Of a stretch of 64,000 nucleotides of DNA, positions 1-12,600 are shown in pieces. The translations under genes and the position numbers were made by a program. The first letter of the stretch is position 1. Each line of letters starts with the position of its first letter. The stretch comes from Eledone cirrhosa (lineage: Eukaryota). The stretch lies in contig OZ024741.1 in NCBI GenBank assembly GCA_964016885.1, positions 280,860,001 through 280,924,000 on the forward strand, written 5' to 3'. Below the pieces are notes generated by a model. The model searched no databases and had not been told where the DNA came from. It saw only the letters and a program-made list of their open reading frames with translations.

Positions 1-560
1 TGTCTTTTATTTGTATTCGTTCATTTAATTAAACGCATTTGTTTATATATCTCACACGAAATATAATTAAAAAAATTTTTTTTAATCAATTTAATGAAGG
101 AAATAAATACAAAAGACAGGAGAATGCCACTCACTATATAATAGACAAAAAGGTATTGGCAAATGATAGTGAAAAAAATTATAAAGCTTCTCTCAAGTTT
201 AAAAAAAATCTATTTTTAATGTATTTTTATTCTTTACTACCCAATAATTAATTCTAAATAAAATTGTACATTTTTTTAAATATCAGTATTATAGAAATAT
301 CTATTGCGGAAGTTCAATTTGATGTCAAAATAATAAACAAACAGTATTTTTTAAAAATATTTTTTTAATTCAAACATTTTAAAATAGAACTTGTTACTTA
401 ATTTAAATATTATCAGAAGCTTGAAAATTTACACTTTACACCTTAAGGAAAAAAAAAAAAAAAAAGATCCAGCAGCCGTATGTGTGTTTGAAAAAGAAAG
501 AGATTCGTGGTTCGATTCCTCGCAGCAGGTGTCTGTCAACTTTTTTCGATATTATAGAAA

Positions 561-867
561 GACACACCCACCTATTTCAGTGGGAAATATTATTTTCTTC
601 GCTTTTTCCGTGTGCTATTAATTAAACTTACCTCCTAATATGGTCCTAAGGGGGGGGGGGACTTTTCACCTCGCCTCCCCAGGGGTTGGGGTTACGGGGT
701 AAAGAAAAATCTGGGAGGGGGTGGCAGGTCCGGAGGTCCCCCCGCTTCTGTCCTCCGTTTTCTTGAGAAAAGAATACGTAGGACCTTATTTGGAGGTAAG
801 TTTAATTGATAGCACAAGAAAAAACTAAAGAAAAAAAATTATTTCCCACTGAAATCGGGGGAGTGTC
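561..867. mobile_element. MITE with ~88-bp imperfect terminal inverted repeats
   Basis: 561-648 (gacacaccc...atttcagtgggaaat...cttacctcc...ggtccta) is the reverse complement of 779-867; G-rich core; TA-rich flanks. Confidence 0.75.
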
Positions 868-1099
868 CTATAAATTTACCCTCTTTCCAGGGGTACTTTA
901 CTCAATTTATTCAACTATTATTATAATTATCTGAATTGTGGCGACTATATTTTCAAATGTCCCAATGTTTCGTAAGTTAAGTAAATGTTCACAGTCACAT
1001 AGTTGAACCAAATGTTCACACACACTCATATATACATAGATACACACATATACACAAAGTTGAACCAAATTATATTTTTATGAATATGAACCATGAGCT

Positions 1100-1950
1100 A
1101 CACTGAAGTGGTTTTGAGACTTTTATCAGAGACATTTATGTAACACAGATCGACACAAAACTCTAGTCTCCCTCAAAGTAAATCCTCCAATATCAATGCA
1201 TTTGTTGTAGTGTTCCAGCCATTTCTGGAAGGCCCCCTTGTAGTCCTCCAAAGTGAAGGTGTCCAGGAAGCTTGTCACAGCATCCTTCATCTCATCCATA
1301 TCCTGATAGCGGATACCACTGAGCATCTCCTTCAGCTTAGGGAACATCCAGAAGTAGTACAGGGTTACGTCTGGACTAGGGAGGAGGAGTGGCAGTCTTG
1401 ATCCCCATATTGGCCAAGAAGTTGGTCATCAGGAGGGATTTGTAGCAGGGGGCATTGTCCTGGTGCAGGTGTCACTGATTTGAAGAGTTCTGGTCTCTTG
1501 CGACAAAATCTTTCTGAACTTCCACAAAACCTAGTGGATGTAGATGGTGCCCTTGCTACTGAATGGGATTATCATCAGCTTCCCTGTGGACCTGCTTTAC
1601 CTGACTTTCTTGTGCCTCAGGGAGTCAAAATGTTTCCACTGGGAACTACAGCTCTCATCATAGGTAACCAGAGACAAGGACACTTGGATTAGAAGCAATC
1701 CACTTGACCAACTTCCTGCTTTCATCAATGCACCTCTGCCTTTGATCTTCATTGAGCACCCTAGGAACAAACTAGGATCCAATTTTGCATATGTTCAGAT
1801 TGTCATGAATGACTGTGCACAGTTCCCTCAGCCACTTCAAATTGTTTAACAATTGTCAGCGGAAAACAGTCGCCTGACTCATGAAAGTTAGTCTGTAAGC
1901 AGTTTTGACCATTTCATAGGTTTCTGCCGAACTTCTCACAAAATTTTATT
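1100..1950 (-). mobile_element. decayed mariner transposase fragment
   Basis: Minus-strand HLHQDNAP near 1450-1473 and C-terminal FPKLKEMLSGIRY...FQKWLEHYNKCIDIGG (ORF 1126..1347); frameshifted. Confidence 0.8.
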
Positions 1951-1989
1951 GCATATTTTTATTAAAATTATTTCAATTATTTCTAACAA

Positions 1990-3150
1990 AACAAAAGGCT
2001 TCTTCTTCTTCTTGAGGGAGCAGAGTCTTCAAACACTCCCTCCAGCTGGTCCTATCAGAAGCAACCATCTCCAACTGATCCAGCTTGATCCCCAAGCAAG
2101 ACCAGCCAAGCTCATGGATGTTATCCAACCATCTTGCTTGGGGTATACCCCTGGGTCTCCTGCTGATTGGTTTTGCCTGTAAAATCTGTCCAGCAATTCT
2201 TTCCTGAAACATTTTAACCACAAACCCGTAAAATTGAAGAAGTAGCGGCTCTATCTAGTGACTCTGATCATCAAGCTACACACTCTATCAAGTAACGTTA
2301 CTCCAAAGACCCGCTTGTATTTGCGATCATATTTTTCAGTCATTGCTCAATATCCATGACCATAGGTAAGGGTTGGTGTGAATACCAAATTGAAGATAGT
2401 GAGTTTGGCTTTTATACCTACCTCCCTTCTTCTGATTACAGAATGCTGAAGCTGACGCATTACTACACCAGCTCTTGCAATTTTTGCACTTAGTTCAGCC
2501 TCGTGCTTTCCATCAATTGTGAACCTGGCCCTGATATACTTGAACTTCACCTGCTTCAGTGAAACTCCATTCACATGTAGAGTGCATATATCCTAATGGG
2601 AGACTTCAATGCACATGTTGGCATTGACCACCTGACATAGAAAAGAGTGATTGGAAGGAACAGCGCTACCAATCTAAATCTGAATGGAGAGACCTTATTA
2701 GATTCTGTTCTAGCAATGGACTCTCTATTATGAACACTTTTCAGCCAAATACATCCATGAATATACATGGTATAACGGGAATCAGGGACAGAGCTCAATA
2801 ATTGTTATTGTCTCTGAACTCTTCAAAGGTATGCAGATACTATTGCATCCAAATCCAGAGAACTCCCTTAGCAAACTGAGAACATTGAAACAGAGTGAAT
2901 GTTGTTCAGCTCAGTAGTTTCTGTTTCAGTTATTAAATGCTGTGGTGAAAGAGGCTTGGTGAGGCACTGGATGGCAGGAGGACTCCATGGTTCAATCAAG
3001 GGGTCAAAGATGCCATCTGAGCATAGAAGTAGGCATACAAAGCTTGGAAATAGGTTCTCCTTGCACTTGTACAAGCAGGCATATAGAATTGCAGCAGAGA
3101 CAGTTAAGGCATTGGAGGAATTTGGGGTTAAGCTGGAATCCGACTTCAGA
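1990..3150. mobile_element. RTE-clade LINE fragment with internal inversion
   Basis: 1990-2570 on - encodes RT C-terminus (FKY...PTLTYG, RRPRGIPQARWLDNI) and ends in a (GAA)n tail; 2575-3150 on + encodes endonuclease ILMGDFNAHVG...NLNGETLL. Confidence 0.8.
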
Positions 3151-3462
3151 TAAAAAAAGGCTGATATATAAAATTATGTTGGAAGATCTTAATTTATATA
3201 AAAAATATTTTTAAAAAGGCCTTTGTTTCGTAAAAGTAGTGGTCATTTTGGGCGGTTTAACCTGGGTTGAACATTGGATCGTCAGATAGAATGCTTTGCA
3301 GTATTTGTTTTGACTCATTGCTCAAATCCTGCCACAGTCATGCTTTTTATTCATTCGAGGTGGATAAAAAAAAAAGTACCAGTCTAGCATTGGGGTTGAT
3401 TCTTCTATATCTCTTTCTCACTTCCTTCTCTGAGGGAATGAGCTCTGCCAGGTTTAAAAATG

Positions 3463-3735
3463 CATGTTCTGCTCCATATAAGTTAAGCGACTGATAAACC
3501 TTGACCATGAGAACATTCTGTTCCATACAAACAGTTACTGATGACCTCAAACAAGAATGTCCTACTCCATACAAGTTGTGTGCTCGATCACCTCAAATAT
3601 GAGAATGAGAATATGTCCTGCTCCTTACAAGTTGACCCACTAATCACCTTGAATATGAGAATATGTCCTGGTTCATATTAGTTGAGTTACTGATTGCCTA
3701 AAAAATGAATGTTTTGCTTCATACAAACAAGTTTA
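3463..3735 (+). repeat. degenerate ~50-bp minisatellite, about 6 units
   Basis: Recurrent tgtcctgctccatacaagtt...ctgatcacctcaaatatgagaata units. Confidence 0.8.
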
Positions 3736-3924
3736 TTAAATTGGTGTCAAAAATTATCCCATGCGCTGCTTACTGATCAAAATTGTATGTGTACTGCCTG
3801 TTGAGAAAAATTGCCTACACTACAGATTATGAATTATTTTTCATGTCCTGTGGTACCTCAAAGAAAAAGTATTTTGTTTAAAAAATAGCAATACTAATCA
3901 TTTAAATGTGCTTTGATATAACAT

Positions 3925-4280
3925 TACTCGATAGGGTTGGTAGCTTGGCTTGTTAGAATATCTAAGGAAAGAATTTCTGGACAGATTTTAGAGGTAAAGC
4001 TAACTGGTATGAAACCCAGAGGTAGACCACAAGCAAGATGGTTGGATAATGTCCATGAGCTCTTTCGGGGTCTAGACAGATCAATTGGAAACAGTAGCTT
4101 CTGATGGGACCCTCTGGAAGGCAGGTAGACCACTAACAAGATAGTTGGATAATGTCCATGAGCTCTTTGGGGATCTAGACAGCTTACTGGGAGACGGTTG
4201 CTTCTGATGGGACCCTCTGGAAAGCATGCCTGAGGACTCTGCCGCCATATCCATCCCAGGAATAAGTGAGCGAAGAATTT
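3925..4280 (+). mobile_element. RTE LINE 3' end with internal ~100-bp tandem duplication
   Basis: Same family as 1990-2570 (gttggataatgtccatgagc...cttctgatgggaccc present twice); related 3' ends at 30950-31280 and 40845-41010. Confidence 0.7.
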
Positions 4281-5282
4281 GCTTAGAAATTAACAAAGAA
4301 AAAAATTACGAGGGAAAAATGCAAAGCAGTTCGTAGACCATTTTCCTGATATCCCAAAACATCAGACCGCTTTGCAGCTCCCTCCCCTATATTTCAATTT
4401 TTAAATGTTGGCAACCCTTGTCTGTATTCATTCTAGAATATTTTGGCAGAATGCAACACAAAAGTTATAACAAAAGAATACAATGTGTAAATTTTTCAAT
4501 CAGAAATTAAAAATATTTTCCCCCAGATAAATCGCCTTTCAACTAGCTGAGTACCTGATTCGGTTTCACTTTGCTTATATCCCCTAAGAAAAAAATGCAA
4601 TTCTCAACACAAACCCAGGCACTGCTGTTTGTAATGTGGAGGAGAGGACAATAGACAACTACTTGACTGACGTGCAAACTTTTTGTGCCAATCACTGTCA
4701 AGACCTCAGGTGTCCTCAGCCCCCAAATTACTGTTTTTCTCTACAAAATCAGGAGTACATTCCGCCCGAGAAATGAGCCACGTGAGGTGGAGTGGCTGAT
4801 ACAGTGAGTGCCACTGCTTGTTCTCTCTGTGATACTTTCGCTATTTTGTCCACGGTAAACATCCGAGACATTCAAATATGCACCTTCCCCACTTCAACTG
4901 TTATTTAATTTTTTCTCTTTTTTAATTTCAAGTATTACATAATCCAATTAAAATTCGTGGAATAAATGTAATTCCTTGAGGGTTTATTTTAATAGAGGAA
5001 AACTCCAGCGGCCTTTAGGGTGGTGGTGCGGGTCTTCTACTTTCTTGTGTTTATCAACAAAGAAACGTTTTCTACTCTATCTCACATTTTAATGTAGTTA
5101 GGAAGCCTTGTTTTCAAATAAGAAATCAATAATCATTAAAAATAATATACAAGAAGAGATCGTTTTCCGAAAAATATTCCACACCGAAAAAATTCGCAAA
5201 GCATTTCAAGAAAATAGGAGAGAAAGGGAGATAATTATTATTTCAAACTTGTTGACTTTCCAATGACACCACATTGGCCAAG

Positions 5283-5336
5283 ATGGCAACGGATCAAGTA
5301 CAAGGTGTCGAAGTAAAGGTTGTCAACTCGGATAAA
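5283..5336 (+). CDS. SMYD5: SMYD5 coding exon 1 ([18 protein letters not shown])
   Basis: ATG in AAGATGG context; VEVK..S.K matches the stretch before GKGLF in SMYD5; GT donor at 5337, phase 0. Confidence 0.85.
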
Positions 5337-6547
5337 GTAGGTATTTTGCATTTAGCTCCAATCCGATTATTGTAATTATTTGCTATTCGTAATCTTTCTA
5401 GATAAACTTATCGCTCTTGGTTTTCTTTTTTTTTAAACCTCCTTAAACGATCACTACTATACCATTCAACCAATATCATAAACAGACTGAATTAAGATAC
5501 ATTTTATCGTGCATGTACTTTTGCTTTGTCAGCTCTTGTCATCATATGCTACGTTTATTTATTAATATAGATAATTGGTGGGTAGAAATAATCATTGTTT
5601 CACTGATGTAAATAATAAATTTAAAAGAAAAGATATTAAAAAATATCATTTTATGAAAAAGCCTTTTCAAACATGGAAAATCTGTATGATTTCAGATCGT
5701 ACATTTAAATATTAATGAATATACATAGAAATGATTAGTTAAAAACAAAGATTTCTAATGTTAGTAATTTAATTTCGTTTTTGTTATAGGTCAGATTTGT
5801 ATAGTTTTTCTTGATTTACTTATTTCTGGTGTAATTAGTTAGCATTAATCGAAATGTTGATGTATTTTTTGGCGGCAAGTATTTTGTATATTTACCAACT
5901 CGTTCATTTAACAAAATGTTAAATGTACGAGTAATTATTAATGTTCTACTCGACAATCGTATTTTAATTAGCATACAAAAGAAGACAATAGACGATTCAT
6001 TCGATTAATTGGAAACAATTATTATCTCTTGAATGGTATGGAACGGTTCGCCACATGTGCTGAATGCTGATAGGACATACAAAAAAAAGGGAAAAAAGTA
6101 TATTTTCAGCGAATTCAGTTTTCTTGTGAAATTAAATGTTATTTATACTTTAAATAGTTTCTAGTTTGGGTATATACAAATATTCATTATTGACTTCTAA
6201 TTAAGTAGTTCAGAGAAATATGTAAATATGAGAAGGAAAATAAAACAAATTTTTTGAAAGCGTGTTGTGTCCAGCAGCTTTTGATTCTCAGAGTTAAATG
6301 AAATGGAAACTTTATTTGTGGGACGTAGATAATAAATATAATATTAATTATGTAATAATATTTTATTGGGAATTTAATGATAAATCATTACACACATAGG
6401 TTCCAGAGTTGTGGCGGGGGTAACCACAGTTAAAAAAGGTACTCAATACGTTGGTATAGTATAGACATATAGAAATTACTTCTACAGGACTAGAACGGTT
6501 TCATTTCTGTATATAATAAAGATGCCTATATTCTATATATTCTCACA

Positions 6548-6607
<60 letters not shown>

Positions 6608-9600
6608 TATGTGTTTAAAATACCGTAGTATTAAAACAATCAAACATTAATTGAATGAGCTGTCAATACTGGTGGGTAGAATGTAGAAATTTATTTTCGA
6701 AGTATAAAAGCGGCAGTGACTTCGAAGTTTCAGCTTGGTCGAATCATATATGATTTTAGTAATAATTTCTGGCAGACACAGTAATCGGCCCAAACCACAG
6801 ATACCACATGTGATATTTATGATCTCTTCTTTCCAGCGACATATTCCTTCCAAACATGTTTATAGTTTTCGTTAGTTGTCTGTATGTTTTGTGTTAATTA
6901 ACTGTAGTATCCTTTACAATGGCTCATGTCATTCTTTGTTAATAATCGATACATTAAAAGTTTAGTTTTATAAATTGAACGTTTTAGTTCGTTATAGTGT
7001 TTATAATTAATTATATCGGGAAAATTAGTTTAGTGTGCATATGAGAGGTTGTGAGTTCGATTCTCGGACCTGGTGATGCGTTGTGTTCGTGAGCAAGACA
7101 CTTATTTAATGTTACTCCAGTTTATTGAGACTTATGCATGGGCGACTGCTGGTCTTCCACAAACAACCTTTCCCTTAACTTGTACCCCGGACGGGTCTTT
7201 ATACCATCACTACCTTAATGATAGACGATGTAACAGAACTCTAGGTGCAAAGCTGGTTTATCGTCCCAGCAGACAGAATGGTGAAAGCATTATACAGGGA
7301 GTAGAGCGAGAGTAACACATTGAAATAGCCATTCTAACTCACGGGTCACATTCCAGCTTGTTCTGTTATATTTCAAATTAGCCACCCACTAACATCTCTT
7401 GAACACCCTTATCTGTAATAGTAGTAGTAGATTTACCAAGGGGCGCTATCAGCTCAAAACGGCAAAAGAAGGTCGGTTATGTTGTATCCTAGAGTCTAGG
7501 ATACAACATAACCGAACACATAATAAAGTCTTGGACCTAGACTTTATTATGAGAAACTGAATATTTTTAGAGCAAATGTTTGACGGTCTGATTCATTTTG
7601 GCCTTTGTAAGTGCGTGTATTGTTTTCTTAATCACTCGTTAAAAGCCTGAAATTGTAGATCAACAGGATTGTACAAAAATTATATATAAATTGTATTAAA
7701 TTTTATCGAATAATATTTTTAAAAAAAAACCCTAAAAAACTTTTTAACTGAATCGGACCTTCAGATATTTGTTATGAAAAATTTAATTTCCGACCCTAAA
7801 GTTTGGGATCCCCATTTATATTATTCATATTATGTAAATGAATCTGGTTAACATCTGCACATTTTCTATGTACTCGGTCTGTAACATTGTTATGCTAATG
7901 TGGCATTCCATACGTTTTGCATTCTTGCATATGGAGGAAATCCCTTTTCCTTGCAGCTGCTGTGGTCAGGTCTGTCTGTCCTATATTGGTCATGTCAGCC
8001 ATCAACAGACCTCTTTATGATAGGACTGGAGATCCCTATCATTAAAACAACCAAGGAATCTCCAATGACCAGGTATGTGTGAGCTATGTGGTACAGGACA
8101 TTAAACATTGAGCAAGGTACCCCCTTGAAGCCCTTCAGAGTTTAGGTGTCTTTTACATTTTCATCAGAGTTACTAACCCTTTAACATTTAAACTGGCCAT
8201 ATCCGGCCAGAATTCTCTCACTTCTTTCTGTCCAAATCGGCTGTAACCGGCCCCTCATACCCACATGAAGGTATTGTTCTGAAAATAAATAATATCAAAA
8301 TCTCATAGATTCAATATGTGAGATAATTATATAAGATAAAGCCTTTACCCCGAAAATACAATAGTATATATAGAGTAATGTAAATGTTAAAGAGTTAAAG
8401 AGCTATTTTTGTTTCTTTTGAAATTAAGCCTTTTTTCACTATCATCATTTAATGTCTTAATGTAATTTGCTACACATTATTTCCTATTTGATTGGGTTGG
8501 GGAAAATTATTAAATTCTTTCCAAGTGATGAAGAATCATGCCCTGTGACATTCCTCATGAAATGAATTTATTTCAGTATCAACCAGGAAATGAATGAGCC
8601 ATCTTGTGAACCTCTATATGGTCGTGCAACATACTAGCAGTCAAAGTTAATTATGAGTTAACCCTTTTGATTCAACATACCTGAAACTAACCTAGATTTA
8701 TGATATAAATCTGATCATTTTAAAATGTTTATCCTTATATTAAAACCTTCCATCATAATTTTATTTTAAAGATTTTTGTTCTAAATATCAGCTTACTAAG
8801 GAAAAACTTATTTTATAAAAATCCCTCCAAATCTTTTTATTTTCAAAATTAATTGGAACACATAGGCTGTGTTTATCATTAGAAATAGAATAACGAAAGG
8901 GTTAAGCAACAACAACATCAGGGGATGGAATAATAAAAAGCATTTCTGTTTCTTTTTCAGGGCAAAGGCTTATTTGCCTGCCAAGCATTCAAAAAAGGGG
9001 ACCAGATCTTTGAAGAAGTTCCTTTAGTGTGTTCTCAGTTTTTATGGAATGAATTCTACAAATACGAGGCTTGTGAATTTTGCCTCAAATCTTTAGAAAC
9101 TGCTGAAAATATGGCAAGGCGCCTAACTTCTGTTGCTACCTTGGAATTGCCCCAAAAGCAGAACTGTACAGCCAGGCCAGATCAGTATATCTGCTGTCCA
9201 CATTGTCAGGTAAAGCCTGCATTTTTTTTTTTTAGTTCAATCAATTGAAAGTATTTACATAATTCAATCCAGAGCCTTCTCACTCCTGTTGGAGGTACCG
9301 CTTTCTGTTTGGTTTGTTTGTGTCAGGGGTGTAGCTGTACTCACCACGTTTGGCCAATTACTACTGGTACCATGTAACCCAGTACAATCTGCTTCATGGT
9401 CGAGTGATCAGAGACTAAACTGCCTCCCCACCAGACCTGGATAAGTGGAACCCCAGCAGTACAAAAAACGAGTTGTCAAAAGTGAGGATGTACTCCTCAC
9501 AACAGCCATCCAACCCAACTATGGGTTAAATCCAATCTGCAATATTTACATAGCATCTCACAAAAACAAAACTAATTGTTAGGATTGTATTGGGAAAAAC

Positions 9601-12600
9601 CTGTACAGTGCATGTTAGAAATAGTGAAAACTAGAGTAAAGTAAGAAAAACAAAGCAAAAGTTTACACTTTTATCTTTCATATTTTGGGTTTTTGTTTTA
9701 GTACTGGCTGATACTAATCTTTCAGTTGTAAAATGAGTATCAGCTACGACAACAGCTCGGAGTTGCAATGGATGGGCATCCTGCCCTAGGTGGATAGTCT
9801 TATATTCTCAGTCACTTAATGCTGATGAAACCAGGATACGTTTTAGCCTGATAGCCTTCAGACTTTAACATAACAGTTTATCTGGAGAAGACAACAAAAA
9901 GCCACTCTAATCTATCCTAACATACGCATGATTGTATGATAGGTCTCTCACACACACACAGGAAATATAAATGTATGCATTGTTTATGATTTACAATGTT
10001 TTTGTATTTGGTGGAGAAATTTTCCAGAAATTTGCATTACTTGATACTAAGTTAGTAATTGATCATTACAGTATGTGACTAATTAGGAATAATCCCTGAC
10101 AGAGCTTATGACTAGTTTCTTTTTTTCTGTCTTTCTGAATGATTTAATTATCCTTCTTATTTATAATCAGGCTTTTATCTGTCACATAAATATTTATCTA
10201 AATATTTTTATGGTTTAATGACACATGTTTATAATACGATTTGACCTGAGTTTAATCAATGTTTTTCTGTTTAGATTCTGGAATATTGAATAATACAGAT
10301 TTCATTCATATATACATACATATATATGTGTGTGTGTGTGAGGGAGAGAGATAAGATGCGACGAGTTAAGACTAGTAATACCATTATGGGTCATTTCAGT
10401 GAAATTCAACAGGGGTGGTCTTCAGATTTTCTTCAAGTTTTTGCCATTTATTGGTATTCATGAAAGTAATTCCTGGAAATTTCAGCCCCACAGCGCTTAC
10501 CAATAAGATTTTATGGCCATTTAAAGATTTGGGCAATTTCTGAAATTTTGAAAATATTGAATTTATTTGATTTTTAGATACCAATTACCTCAAGTGGCTT
10601 TTATCCCATGCTGTATAGCATATTAAGGGAAGTTGTGTGAATATCACAGCTTGAATAAAAAAATATATAAATTTCTAACATTAAAAGAAAATTACACATC
10701 TGTTTATTTAGCTATAAGAAAATTACACATCTGTTTATTTAGCTATATTATATACTAGCAGTGTGTCCCGGCGTTGCACGGGTAAGAACATTGGTAATAG
10801 CACCTCCAATGAGAAACGTTTATTTGTGAGGGCCTGTTAAAAACTCACGAAAATATACCGACAGGGAACTTGTTTTATTTGGAGAAAATTAAGAAGTTGA
10901 AAGTACAATTTAGCTGTCTACGTGCATTGTTCATAGAAATATTGTTGAACCCCTTCTTTTCATACTCCTCTGTTTTGGCCTTTTGGAGTAAATGTGAAAG
11001 AGAAAGTCACAGGTTAAGTTGGCAGAAGGTTCCAGTGTCATAGCAGTAAGGCGTAGGCTACTTACCTCAAAAGTCCATTTGCACTCTTTCCACTAAGTTA
11101 CTCTTTCTCTCTATCCCTGTTGGTGCAGTCCCTTGCGAATTTCTCGCGTAAGCCTGGTGTAGATTTGCACCCGATGCACATGTCCGCTTTGTACGGCTTT
11201 TGGAGGCAGGAGCGACCAGCAGTACGTTGTTCAGTATTACGAAAAGGTGTAGCAGAGAATCCCGCGTGAACTAACAGCTCGGGAGGAAACTGCTTACCTC
11301 GAAGATTCACTCGCCATCGTTCTTGTCAATGCTCTGTTTAGTTGGTATTTGTTGGTCTACAGTTAGATGAATGGCGCACAAAGGGTTAATGTTTATTAGC
11401 AAGAAGTGCAACTGGGCTGGCTTGCCTCGCTTATATTATATATTAAAATAACAGATTAAAGTTTAAGCAAAGAATCACTGCTTTCACCCTTAACGGGATC
11501 TTCTGAAACTAAAAAAATCAATCTGTGAACTCAGAAGTAAATATTTCGAAAAACGTTGCAACCGAAGGAAAACAGGAAGACGATACTTTGGTTCGTGAAG
11601 ACGTTCCCTGGCAATGAACGGAAAATAGCGAACATAACATCAATGTTCGTCAGAATGTCGTAATGCAGACAGCCAGGCATACAGACAGATATTATAAGAG
11701 CACTACGGAGATGGATAACCGGCGCCTAACACCCTATTGAAAAATAAAAGCTGCAGTTAATATCTTGAGACCACAAGGAATATATAAATGCAAGTTTGAA
11801 GTCAATCGGAGTAGAAATGTCGATTTGTATAGACTTTGTAAAAATGAGGACACACACAGACAACTACAGTTTTATATATATAGATTATAATGTATTTATA
11901 TTTTATGCTGCAGTGACAAGGGAACAACAACCTCTTTAGTATTGGTGTTCTACATGATAAATACACCCAGTACACTCTGTAAAGTGGCTTGGGATAGGAA
12001 GGTCATTTAGCTGTAGAAAGCTTGCCAAACTAAGAGTCAGAAGGACTCTTCAGCTGTGTCAAAGACATAACAACCTCCCTACTGTTGGTGCCATACTAAA
12101 ATGTATCTGGGGCACTCTGTAGAGCATGGGAACTTATGTAAACGAGAAGCTGGCCTCTGGCTCGTCTGAAAGGTCAGTAGCTCTGACCTTATATTGCTGA
12201 CAACCTACCCAACCCATGCTAGCAGGGAAAATGGATGTTAAATGATGATCATGATTATTATATTTATTTTGAGACATGATAGAAAACTCTGTCTAGTCCT
12301 CTAGGGTTAAGTGAGATAAAATCTGTAAATCTCTCAGAATTATTTTTCCTAAATACAATGATTGTTTATTAAATATCTACGCATTAATCTTGTTTCAAAC
12401 TAATGACTATCCTTAGTTAACTATAATTAACTCCTGTTGCCTAATTATATTAGGTTAGTGTGTGTATATAAGACATAGTATATATATATATATAAAATCA
12501 TCACCGTTTAACGTCCATTTTTCCATGTTAGCATGGATTGTCCGGTTTGAAGCAAGTTGGGTCAGGTGATCATGTCTTACTCACACAGAACTGTTTATGG

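Noticed and set aside
4543-4900. Possible Helitron 3' end or divergent gene upstream of SMYD5
   Set aside because: CTAG is present but the hairpin and 5' end are unclear, and no spliceable coding frame was found.
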